From positions 1-17,987 of the forward strand of contig JAHQXB010000009.1 of NCBI GenBank assembly GCA_029856435.1: a DNA stretch of 17,987 nt, given 5' to 3'. The notes under the pieces are model-generated. The model was not told the DNA's origin and searched no databases. It saw only the letters and a list, made by a program, of their open reading frames with translations. Made by a program: the position numbers and the translations under genes. Of this stretch, positions 1 through 8,912 are shown one piece after another (positions within the stretch are counted from its first letter, which is position 1; each line of letters opens with the position of its first letter). Origin of the DNA: Candidatus Jordarchaeia archaeon (GTDB taxonomy: Archaea; Asgardarchaeota; Jordiarchaeia; Jordiarchaeales; Jordiarchaeaceae).

Positions 1-149
1 GTATGTTGCCTATCTCGGTGACTGTCCTCCTCTTGCTGTTGTCCGCCGCAAAGGATCACCGCGTGGAGCCGGTCCCTCTTCAATCTGTTCTTCTCGTTCT
101 TCCAGAGTTCACGCAACAACTTCGCATCAACATCACGGGTAACTATCAC
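1..149 (-). pseudogene. N-terminal fragment of an IS630-like transposase with a +1 frameshift, truncated by the window edge
   Basis: GTG at 149 gives MIVTRDVDAKLLRELWKNEKNRLKRDRLHAVIL. Skipping one base at 50 continues AADNSKRRTVTEIGNI. Together these resemble the 'L..LYK.EK....R.RL.AILL....S..EIA.IL' helix-turn-helix start of IS630 transposases. Positions 1-140 are about 54% GC (75/140 by hand count), clearly above the surroundings. Confidence 0.5.
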
Positions 150-209
150 TATATAATCATCACAAACACCACAATAACGTAGGTTATAAAAGTTTACTGA
201 AGTACTATA
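1..209 (-). mobile_element. Putative left end of an IS630-family element
   Basis: The minus strand reads TATAGTACTTCAG from 209, 60 bp upstream of the transposase-like frame. TA-TAG ends are typical of IS630-related elements. The other end lies outside the window, so the inverted repeat cannot be confirmed. Confidence 0.35.
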
Positions 210-483
210 GAGTTTCTCATTAATTTTTTCCTAAACCTATCCTTGAATGGGGTTATTTAAGGCTTCTTTTCCCAAAAAAGGCGGAAAAAACCATACTTTC
301 TGGAAGCGAAAAGGAAAAAATTAAATGGAAAGTCTATATATAGTGCGGGGTTAGTGTATGCTCTAGATAGAACAGTTTTCAATTTTATTGTGGCTATACC
401 TTCAAAATCGCGACTATCTTCTTGGTGGAGTGAGAGGGTAACACTTAACATATTTGGTTTTTTGAATTGATTAACTGATTGGG

Positions 484-705
484 CTATTTTGAGGTTAGAT
501 AGAAAATAAGAATTTTTAAGTCGGTTTTTCGGGAGATTGATTTTTCATTTTCCATTTTTTGGTTTAGGTTGTGAATTAGGGCTTCAAAATTTTTTGTATT
601 TGAGATTAGATTATTTAGCTCGCTTTTTAGCCAAAGTGTTTCGCATAAATGTGGGGCGGCTTTCCTATAGGCTTCCCATATTTTATTTATGGTTTCTTCA
701 TCCAA
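484..705 (-). CDS. Small hypothetical helical protein (73 aa)
   Basis: Part of ORF 484-816. A TTG start at 705 is preceded by SD-like AGAGGT, and the product MDEETINKIWEAYRKAAPHL... has amphipathic-helix composition. No family recognised. Confidence 0.5.
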   Translation of the reverse strand: MDEETINKIWEAYRKAAPHLCETLWLKSELNNLISNTKNFEALIHNLNQKMENEKSISRKTDLKILIFYLTSK

Positions 706-914
706 TTTGTTACCTCTCTTTACTAATTGTAATGATAGGTTTCTGATTCTTGTGCTATAGTTAAGAAGAATGATATAAGTGCTAGGTTGGTGGAAGTCAT
801 TTCTCTTCTGTTTCAATTATTGAGTAAGCTATTATGAAAATTAGTGTGAGTATACCGAGTATTGTTATTAGGATTTGAATAAAGGTGAAGTCAATATACA
901 TGGTGCACACCAGT

Positions 915-1331
915 TTAGTTCTTCATTTTTCTATATTCCTTTTTTGCATTTCTGGTTTCTATTGTTTTTAATTTCAGCATAAGTTTTTCGTAATTATCAT
1001 CTGTTTGATAGGTGCTTGTATATAGGTCTAATGCTTCGCCAAGTTTTTTGGCTAAAATATGATAGCAGACCTTGCTCTTTTTCCTTATTACCACATTTAT
1101 GTAGAAGTCGTCACAGGTACAATAAAAATCGGAAATTACGAGATAATCTCTATTTTTGCCAGAAACTGTCCAAATCTCTTTATCGCTGGGCTTAAAAATA
1201 TATTTTGTTACTCGCTTCTCTGTTACTGCTCTTAAAGCCTTCCATATACGTTCGCCAAAGTGGGACACTAGTTTTTCCAAGTTCTCTCCAGTTATGCACT
1301 TGTTAGCGTTAATCTGCTCAATTATTTCCAT
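915..1331 (-). CDS. SWIM zinc-finger protein, SWS1/ZSWIM7-like
   Basis: 138 aa with YCTCDDF-x-CYHILA, i.e. CxCxxF and CxC-x15-CxHxxA, preceded by a FG-x5-AL-x2-V segment. Confidence 0.85.
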   Translation of the reverse strand: MEIIEQINANKCITGENLEKLVSHFGERIWKALRAVTEKRVTKYIFKPSDKEIWTVSGKNRDYLVISDFYCTCDDFYINVVIRKKSKVCYHILAKKLGEALDLYTSTYQTDDNYEKLMLKLKTIETRNAKKEYRKMKN

Positions 1332-1557
1332 AAGTTAGCACCCAATGAACACTGTCTCTAACAACTCTCTGACGTATAATAAAAAGTTACCTCTTCTCCC
1401 ATTTTAAATTCCCTTACTAAATTGTAACTTTATAGATGGTTTCCACGAAACTTGTTCGGGGGATGGGGTTTACCTTAAGGTGTAGTGATATAAATGTGTT
1501 TTTGGAAATTAAGTTACCTAATACTTTCTAACATCTTATTTCTAGAAATCGGCGAGT

Positions 1558-1569
1558 CTTATATATAAG
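1558..1569. promoter_or_regulatory. Palindromic TATA-like element between divergent genes
   Basis: CTTATATATAAG is a perfect 12-bp palindrome in the intergenic region between the divergent SWIM and MPE genes. Function is inferred only. Confidence 0.3.
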
Positions 1570-1924
1570 TGTCTCCAGCTTCGCTGGGGAAATCTATAAT
1601 AAAGGATCTCCCTCTCTAAAATATTCAAAGGGAGTTGCGAAAGCGTTAGCTAAAAAAGAGTCTGATTTCTTCCCGTTTTCTATTTTGGATATGATGGGAT
1701 TACTAACCTACTAATCGCTTCTTGGGACTGAAGTGAATGCATAGGTTGAGGGCAAAATTAAGTGTGGAGAATATACTGTTTAATTCATAAAAATGGCTAT
1801 TATGTTATATTCGTACTTGCTGAGAAAAGTTTTTCATCGGGGAAGTTTATGTATCATCAAGCGTGTGATCGCGTCTCTCCCAAATTTTATTATTGTTTTA
1901 TCATATAATTTAGGGGTGTCGCAC

Positions 1925-2776
1925 TTGGTTAAGCCAATTTTTCCTATCATTGATGAGCCAGCACTTCTTATGAATTTTTCAAATAGAAAAATTATGTGTA
2001 TAGCGGATTTGCATTTGGGTTACGAATTTCTTTTGGCACAGAAGGGGGTGGTGATTCCCTTCCAAGTGGAGGAGATGAAGGCGAAGATTTTAGATCTTGT
2101 TGAGCTGACAAATCCAGATGATCTTATTATTTTGGGTGATATTAAACATAATATTTTTAATGTTCTCTCATCGGAGTGGCGAGGGGTTACAAAACTTCTA
2201 GAAGAAATTTCTAGAAAAACCAGAGTTCAAATTGTTTTAGGTAACCATGATGCGAATCTTAATTTGCTTTTACCAAAGAATATCCTTGTTCATTCTTCCA
2301 AGGGATTTCTTATTGTGGATGATGACGTTAAGGTAGGACTTGTTCATGGACATGCATGGCCCAAACTGGATTTACTTCAAGCAGACTACATTATAACTGG
2401 ACATAATCATCCAGTCATCGAAATGAGAGATGAGTTGGGAGGAAAATGGTTTGAACCTGTATGGTTGGAAGTTCAATGGAGTAAGGAAAAAATTGTAGCA
2501 CCATTTGCTGGTAATCTTGGTTCAAGAGGTGCTTCCTTTTCCTCAGAAGATTCAAAAAATGCATTAGTCCAAATTGGAAATCCGAAAATCATCGTGATGC
2601 CGGCGTTTAATCCCCTCCTGGGAGGAGTTGCGCTTAATCGTCCTGAGATAAACTTTCTTGGGCCCATATTATCTCCAAACTTTGTGGAAAAAGGTACAGC
2701 AAAGGTTAAACTGTTGGATGGAACTTTTCTTGGAAGCTTGGAAAATTGCAGTAGACTGGTTAAGCAAGATAAATGA
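1925..2776 (+). CDS. Calcineurin-like metallophosphoesterase (Lhr-associated MPE type)
   Basis: Motifs ADLHLG, ILGDIKH, GNHD, HGH, GHNHP and PAFNP. The start is moved from 1793 to TTG 1925, which follows SD-like GGGGTG. Lies directly upstream of lhr. Confidence 0.9.
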   Translation: MVKPIFPIIDEPALLMNFSNRKIMCIADLHLGYEFLLAQKGVVIPFQVEEMKAKILDLVELTNPDDLIILGDIKHNIFNVLSSEWRGVTKLLEEISRKTRVQIVLGNHDANLNLLLPKNILVHSSKGFLIVDDDVKVGLVHGHAWPKLDLLQADYIITGHNHPVIEMRDELGGKWFEPVWLEVQWSKEKIVAPFAGNLGSRGASFSSEDSKNALVQIGNPKIIVMPAFNPLLGGVALNRPEINFLGPILSPNFVEKGTAKVKLLDGTFLGSLENCSRLVKQDK

Positions 2777-2869
2777 TTACCTTTAACAATATGTAATTAT
2801 ATACAGTTTGATGTCAAAGATATTACTTTCACCAAGTTTTTATTCTCTTGCTTTTTAGAGGTATGATTT

Positions 2870-5728
2870 TTGGCGGGAGTATTTGATTTACTTTCCAGTG
2901 AAGTTAGAGAAGTTATTCGAAAAAGAGGTTATTTAGAGGCTACCCCACCCCAAAATCAGGCAATACCCCGAATTCTCAAAGGGGAAAATGTTTTACTGAT
3001 TTCTCCCACAGGAAGCGGCAAAACGGAAGCCGTGTTTTTCCCCATATTTCATAAATTATTAGAATTACAATCAAAGGAAAAAGGCATTTTCGGATTATAT
3101 GTTACACCTCTTCGAGCCTTGAATCGTGATATTTTGAGACGAATGGAAGATATTGCTCAAGAACTAGGCATCAGAATGTCCGTTAGACATGGAGATACAA
3201 CTGGTTATGAACGGAGAAAACAGCTTCTAGACCCTCCATCACTTTTAATAACAACCCCCGAAACACTCCAAGCTATAATACCTGCAAAAAAGATGGGGAA
3301 ACTGCTGAAGTGTTTACGTTTTGTGGTAGTAGACGAGATTCATGAGATTGTAACAGATAAGAGGGGCGCCCAACTTTCATTAGCTCTTGAAAGGCTTCGC
3401 GAGATCACAAATCATAATTTTCAGAGAATAGGATTATCGGCTACGATTGGTAGCGTTGAAGAGGTCGCAAAATTTTTAGGAGGGGTAAACGAAAAAGTTA
3501 ACATTGTTTCAACGAGCAGGGAGGGAGATTTTAAGGTCAGTGTTGAAACAATTCCTCCTACTTCTGAAGATGATGCTTTGTCTAAAAAGCTTAGGGTGCC
3601 AAACGAGATTGTAGCAAAATTAAGAAGAATTAAAGAAATAATCGAAAGCTACAGCTCAGTTCTGATTTTCGTTAATACACGCCAAATGGCAGAAATTTTG
3701 GGTTCCAGACTTAGTCTTCTTACTCCCCGTTTCAATTTTGATGTTCACCATGGCTCGCTTTCTAGAGAGATGAGAATGAATGCCGAAAAGGGATTTAAAG
3801 AGGAGGAGATTAAAGCTGTGATTTGCACTTCGTCTCTTGAACTAGGTATAGATGTGGGCTCTATAGATTATGTTATTCAATATTCGTCGCCTAGGCAAGT
3901 AACCCGTTTGGTTCAGAGAGTCGGCAGGAGTGGGCACCGAGTAGGACAAACATCAAGAGGAACTATACTTTCAATGGACATAGACGATGTATGTGAATCA
4001 GCTGTTTTAATAAGGGATGCGATTAATGATAACTTAGAAAGCATAGTTATGCATAATATGGCACTTGATGTACTTGCTCATCAGATTGCTGGGGTACTTC
4101 TGGATAAAGGGGAAACAACAATCGAGGAGCTATATACTATTTTTAGAAGATCTTGGCTGTATCAAAATATTGATTACGAAACTATTTATAAAGTTACAAA
4201 TTTGATGAAAGAACTGTGGCTGATTAGCCTTGGAGGAGGCAAGCTCCGAAGGAGAATTAAAACATGGAAATACTACTATGAAAATCTCTCCATGATACCT
4301 GATGTTAAACATTACGAGGTTTTTGATTTAGCTTCTGAAAGAAGTATTGGGACACTTGATGAGGAGTTTGTTTCTACAAAAGCGGAAAAGGGATTAAAAT
4401 TCATAATTCACGGACAACCTTGGAGAATAGTGAGCATTGAGGAGGACAGAGTAAATGTCGAGAGAGTCGATAACTTAATCGGTGCTGTGCCCTCTTGGGA
4501 GGGAGAACTTATACCTGTTTCATTTGAGGTAGCCCAAAAAGTTGGAAGGCTTAGGGAGAGTATTTGTAGATGGATTAGAAATCCTAGTGGTGAGAATCCA
4601 TTTAAAGGCTACCCCATGGATGAAGAATCGATGAGAATTGTAGTTGAAAAAATTAAGGAACAAATAGACGCTGTAGGTGTGGTGCCTGTTCATAACCGAA
4701 TCCTAATTGAAGGTGTTGGCGATTTTGTAGTTATACACGCATGTTTTGGAAGTAAAGTTAATGAAACCTTGGGAAGGATAATCTCTGATCTTTTAACTAC
4801 GAGAATAGGAACTTCAGTCGCTATGAGGAGCACACCCTACCACATACTCCTTCAAATGCCCAAGAATGTAGACTCAGAAATAGTAGTTAATGTATTAGGA
4901 GAGCTAGAACCACAGCTAATTGATAATATATTGAAAATAACACTTAAAAGATCCAATTTGTATCGGTGGCGGCTCACACAGGTGGCAAAAAGATTTGGGG
5001 CAATCGAAAAAAACGGTAGAGACTATCAAATTAACTCAAGAAAACTTGCATTTATATTTAATAATACACCCATCGCAGAAGAAACTATAAGGGAGTTACT
5101 CACAGAAAAACTTGACATAAAAGAGACAGAAAGTGTTCTAAAGGCAATAAAAGAGGGAAGCATTCAAGTTTGCTTCCTAAAAAGTGAAAAACCAAGCCCG
5201 CTTACTGAAATGGCAATACAGTGGGGGGCCAAAGAAATTATTTCTCCGTCCCTTCCCGTATCTGAGTTATTGACAGTGGTTAAGGAACGCTTGCTTAACA
5301 AAAGGGTTAAGCTGGTTTGTGTATGGGCTTCGTGTGAAGGATGGGAAACCGTGAGAACAGTGGGAACTTTACCTGAATACCCGCAATGCCCAAAATGTAA
5401 ATCGCGTTTGTTAGCAGTATTACACTACGAAGATTCTGAATTTAGCAAAATTTTAAAACTAAGAAAAAACGGAGCAAAACTTTCAAAAAAAGAAGAAAAA
5501 ATTTTTCAAAATGGCATTAAAACTGCTAACTTAGTAATTAATTATGGAAAAAAGGCGATAATTTGTCTAGCTGGAAGGGGTATAGGACCATTAACAGCCA
5601 ATCGCATTCTATCTAAAGAGCTAAAAACCGAGAGCGATTTTTACAGAGCAATCATTGATGCAGAGAAGGAATTCGTAAGAACGAGAGAGTTCTGGAATAA
5701 AACACTTCAATCAAGAGATAACAGTTAA
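2870..5728 (+). CDS. lhr: Lhr-family SF2 DEAD/H-box helicase with C-terminal Cys-rich extension
   Basis: Q motif ATPPQ, Walker A SPTGSGKT, DEIH, SAT, HHGSL, SSLELGIDVG and QRVGRSGH. The C-terminus carries CVWASC...CPKC and an HhH-like GRGIGPLTA. Confidence 0.95.
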   Translation: MAGVFDLLSSEVREVIRKRGYLEATPPQNQAIPRILKGENVLLISPTGSGKTEAVFFPIFHKLLELQSKEKGIFGLYVTPLRALNRDILRRMEDIAQELGIRMSVRHGDTTGYERRKQLLDPPSLLITTPETLQAIIPAKKMGKLLKCLRFVVVDEIHEIVTDKRGAQLSLALERLREITNHNFQRIGLSATIGSVEEVAKFLGGVNEKVNIVSTSREGDFKVSVETIPPTSEDDALSKKLRVPNEIVAKLRRIKEIIESYSSVLIFVNTRQMAEILGSRLSLLTPRFNFDVHHGSLSREMRMNAEKGFKEEEIKAVICTSSLELGIDVGSIDYVIQYSSPRQVTRLVQRVGRSGHRVGQTSRGTILSMDIDDVCESAVLIRDAINDNLESIVMHNMALDVLAHQIAGVLLDKGETTIEELYTIFRRSWLYQNIDYETIYKVTNLMKELWLISLGGGKLRRRIKTWKYYYENLSMIPDVKHYEVFDLASERSIGTLDEEFVSTKAEKGLKFIIHGQPWRIVSIEEDRVNVERVDNLIGAVPSWEGELIPVSFEVAQKVGRLRESICRWIRNPSGENPFKGYPMDEESMRIVVEKIKEQIDAVGVVPVHNRILIEGVGDFVVIHACFGSKVNETLGRIISDLLTTRIGTSVAMRSTPYHILLQMPKNVDSEIVVNVLGELEPQLIDNILKITLKRSNLYRWRLTQVAKRFGAIEKNGRDYQINSRKLAFIFNNTPIAEETIRELLTEKLDIKETESVLKAIKEGSIQVCFLKSEKPSPLTEMAIQWGAKEIISPSLPVSELLTVVKERLLNKRVKLVCVWASCEGWETVRTVGTLPEYPQCPKCKSRLLAVLHYEDSEFSKILKLRKNGAKLSKKEEKIFQNGIKTANLVINYGKKAIICLAGRGIGPLTANRILSKELKTESDFYRAIIDAEKEFVRTREFWNKTLQSRDNS

Positions 5729-5784
5729 AAATTTAGTCTGTATTGAGAAGGGTTAATAGTGCATTTCAACAAAATAAAAAGAGA

Positions 5785-6768
<984 letters not shown>

Positions 6769-6830
6769 TTAACTATTGGGTTTCAGAGGAAAAGCAAAAA
6801 ATTAAACCCTAGATGCATTAATTAATATTA

Positions 6831-7981
6831 CTATTTATAAAAAAGAACTTTTTCATTTCTTATTACCGAAAACAGTTTCCCTTTATACTTTAAATACTCT
6901 AGGTGGACCAGCATCTCAAAGGTGGCGTCTCTCTGTTCCCATTTCTGAAGCCTTTTCCAGGAACCGGTCGACCAAGTTACCTCTTGTGCAATTTGGTATG
7001 CGGTTTTGGGATTTTTAAAACACTTAAAACCTAAGTCTAACTTCGTGATGCTTTTCTATGTCTGATACTCTTTTATTAAGGTCATTAAAGGCGTACTTAT
7101 GCGCTGGAGGTACCTTTTCTACTCCTAAATTTCTAATTTTACAAGAGATTCCAAGTAATCTTTTAGTGTATTCCCAAAGTCCTTTACTGGAAGGCTAATG
7201 TTAGGTGTTATAGTGGGTAGAATGTGATTGCCCGAAAAAAGGAGCTTGCTACGGGGCTCGTAGAGGCAAAAATATGATCTGGTGAATGCCCGGGCGATAG
7301 ATTCGCAAAATCTCGTGTTTTTGGGCCTTTTTTTTGGCTCTTCTCAAAACTGTTTCTCACCGCTTAAATGGGATGGAAATATTAAAAATTGAGGAAAAAC
7401 ACCGATAAAACCATAAATCAGGGAACATGGCGGCAAAAAAACCATAGCAAAGATCCTGCGAATCTATCGCCCGGAGTTTCAACGACTTATTAAAATTTCC
7501 GAGATCAAAAATCTCGTTATCTTTCATAAAAATTTCTGGCTTTTGCGGTTCGAAGAACTTCACCGTTGGTCTCTCTTTTTTAGCCAGTCCCCTAGTTCTT
7601 TAATTGGGTAACCACTTATCTTCAACCAATCTGTGAGCTTATCAAAATAGTCCTTAAAACTTTTAAATCGTTTTATGAATTCGTCTGCTTTAATTCCCAT
7701 CACTATTTTTAACTTAATTTTTCCGGATCTCGTGGGCTAAACCGTAATGGTCTGGATGGAGGTGAGTCACCAAGACTAAAGATATATCTGATAAATCGAC
7801 TTTAATCTCGGAAAGTTGGTTCTCGAAAGCATAAGCCTACTGTTGAATTCCAACCTGAATCTACAAGTAAATATTTACTCTCCCCCTCCACAAAATAGGA
7901 TAACAAATACATGAATTCCGATGAAGGAATCGGTAGCTTAAGTTGGTAGATTCCATCACACATTATTTGTGGTTTTGTCAA
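6831..7981 (-). pseudogene. Decayed metallo-beta-lactamase-fold hydrolase with C-terminal helical/winged-helix tail, interrupted by a MITE
   Basis: Stitched minus-strand frames read: MTKPQIMCDGIYQLKLPIP..YLLVDSGWNS / AFENQLSEIKVDLSDISLVLVTHLHPDHYGLA (HxHxDH at 7747-7764) / KIVMG.. / PEIFMKDNEIFDLGNF / VVETPG [insert] HSPDHI / CLYEPRSKLLFSGNHILPTITPNI..DYLESL / KIRNLGVEKVPPAH / TAYQIAQEVTW..HLEYL..LFYK*. At least six frameshifts; about 320 codons after removing the insert. Confidence 0.85.
7294..7470. mobile_element. 177-bp MITE-like insertion
   Basis: Ends GCGATAGATTCGCA (7294-7307) and TGCGAATCTATCGC (7457-7470) form a perfect 14-bp inverted repeat, 18/20 when extended. Flanked by CCGG at 7290-7293 and 7471-7474. 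Interrupts the TPGH motif of the MBL pseudogene. No internal transposase. Confidence 0.8.
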
Positions 7982-8567
7982 TTCACGTTTTTAGGCCCAT
8001 TTCAGTTTCATCAAATGGAAAATTTAATATATTTAACTTTTCTGAAAGAACAAATGACCACTAAACCCCGCCATCCAATCATAGTCAAATGGAAGATTCT
8101 GCTGTTAATATTGCCTCCGTCAGTACTCCTATTCCGAGTCCAATTCACACTACCATTATCCATAATAGATTTTAACTGACTCAAATCCTTCTCTCAGTTA
8201 CTGGCGGTAACCCCGCTCGAGAAAACCTCAAGGGTGCAAGTCGTCTCCCCAAACTTATATTTTCTTCTTGTGGTGGGTAACTTGTATGGCACATCTTTGG
8301 ATGGTTTTTTGGTTTTTCTAATCTCGAGTTTATGATTTTTTAATGAGGCCGAGAATGTGCATTTTCATTTGAGTTCCCCCTATATTGCTTCTATATTTTG
8401 CTATTAGCTCCATCCTCTTAAATTTATGATGCATAAGTTTACATGTATGTCGCTCTCAATGTCTAAGGGAATGTTTTTTAATGCTAGCCGGCGGCAAATA
8501 TAACAAGAAAAAAGCTAGTTTGTTTGTCGCTTTGTATTATTTGACTTACAATCTGGAGGCTGTTCTT

Positions 8568-8912
8568 TTGAGTGAGGAGAGTATCAAAAAGATGGCAAAC
8601 ATGCTGAGAAAAGGGGCGTCTTTACTCTCTCAAAGCTGTCCTCAGTGTGGAGCGCCATTGTTCAAAATTAAAGGCGAAATATACTGTCCCGCTTGTGAGA
8701 AAAAAGTAGTGATTGTTAAAGAAGGCGAGCGTATTCCTCTAAATGTTGAAGGCTCCACTCTATCAGACGTATTCCTCATTTTACATGAAAAATTAAGGGA
8801 GACTGGGGAGGCTATAAAAAATGAGCGTGATCCTTCCAAGTTGCAAGAGTTGCTCGGAATCGTTGCCGGCATACTAGACGCTCTGGAACGGCTTAAACGT
8901 ATTTCTCAGTAA
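8568..8912 (+). CDS. UPF0148 / Sjogren's syndrome-scleroderma autoantigen 1-like zinc-ribbon protein
   Basis: KKMANMLRKGASLLSQSCPQCGAPLF..YCPAC followed by a helical C-terminus. TTG start at 8568 after GGAGG at 8555-8559. The stop overlaps the hef stop by 7 bp. Confidence 0.85.
   Translation: MSEESIKKMANMLRKGASLLSQSCPQCGAPLFKIKGEIYCPACEKKVVIVKEGERIPLNVEGSTLSDVFLILHEKLRETGEAIKNERDPSKLQELLGIVAGILDALERLKRISQ

Noticed and set aside
257-451. 64-aa minus-strand ORF
   Set aside because: No recognisable motif or SD, and the C-terminal half translates T-rich intergenic-like sequence.
1441-1462. TTCCACGAAACTTGTTCGGGGG resembles an ORB box with a G-string
   Set aside because: The core is 2 nt shorter than the consensus, there is a single copy, and no orc1/cdc6 gene is in the window.
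1691-1732. Possible C/D box sRNA (ATGATGG...CTGA)
   Set aside because: Box C is imperfect, the span is only about 40 nt, and there are no C'/D' boxes.
1793-1924. N-terminal extension of the MPE ORF in the track
   Set aside because: Family similarity starts after residue 45, and TTG 1925 has an SD-like motif.
7283-7481. Longer 31-bp inverted repeat including the outer TGAA matches
   Set aside because: The outer bases encode MBL residues (VVET and HS), so they are host sequence and the match is coincidental.
7357-7563. 68-aa minus-strand ORF
   Set aside because: It is a chimera of an MBL pseudogene fragment reading into the MITE.
8011-8368. Possible second decayed gene upstream of the MBL pseudogene (SD-like GGGGG, ATG 8368, MK/CTF...KDVP..., one in-frame TGA at 8194-8196)
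   Set aside because: It needs a frameshift and a readthrough, and the resemblance to YgiT-type zinc fingers is too weak to call without tBLASTx.
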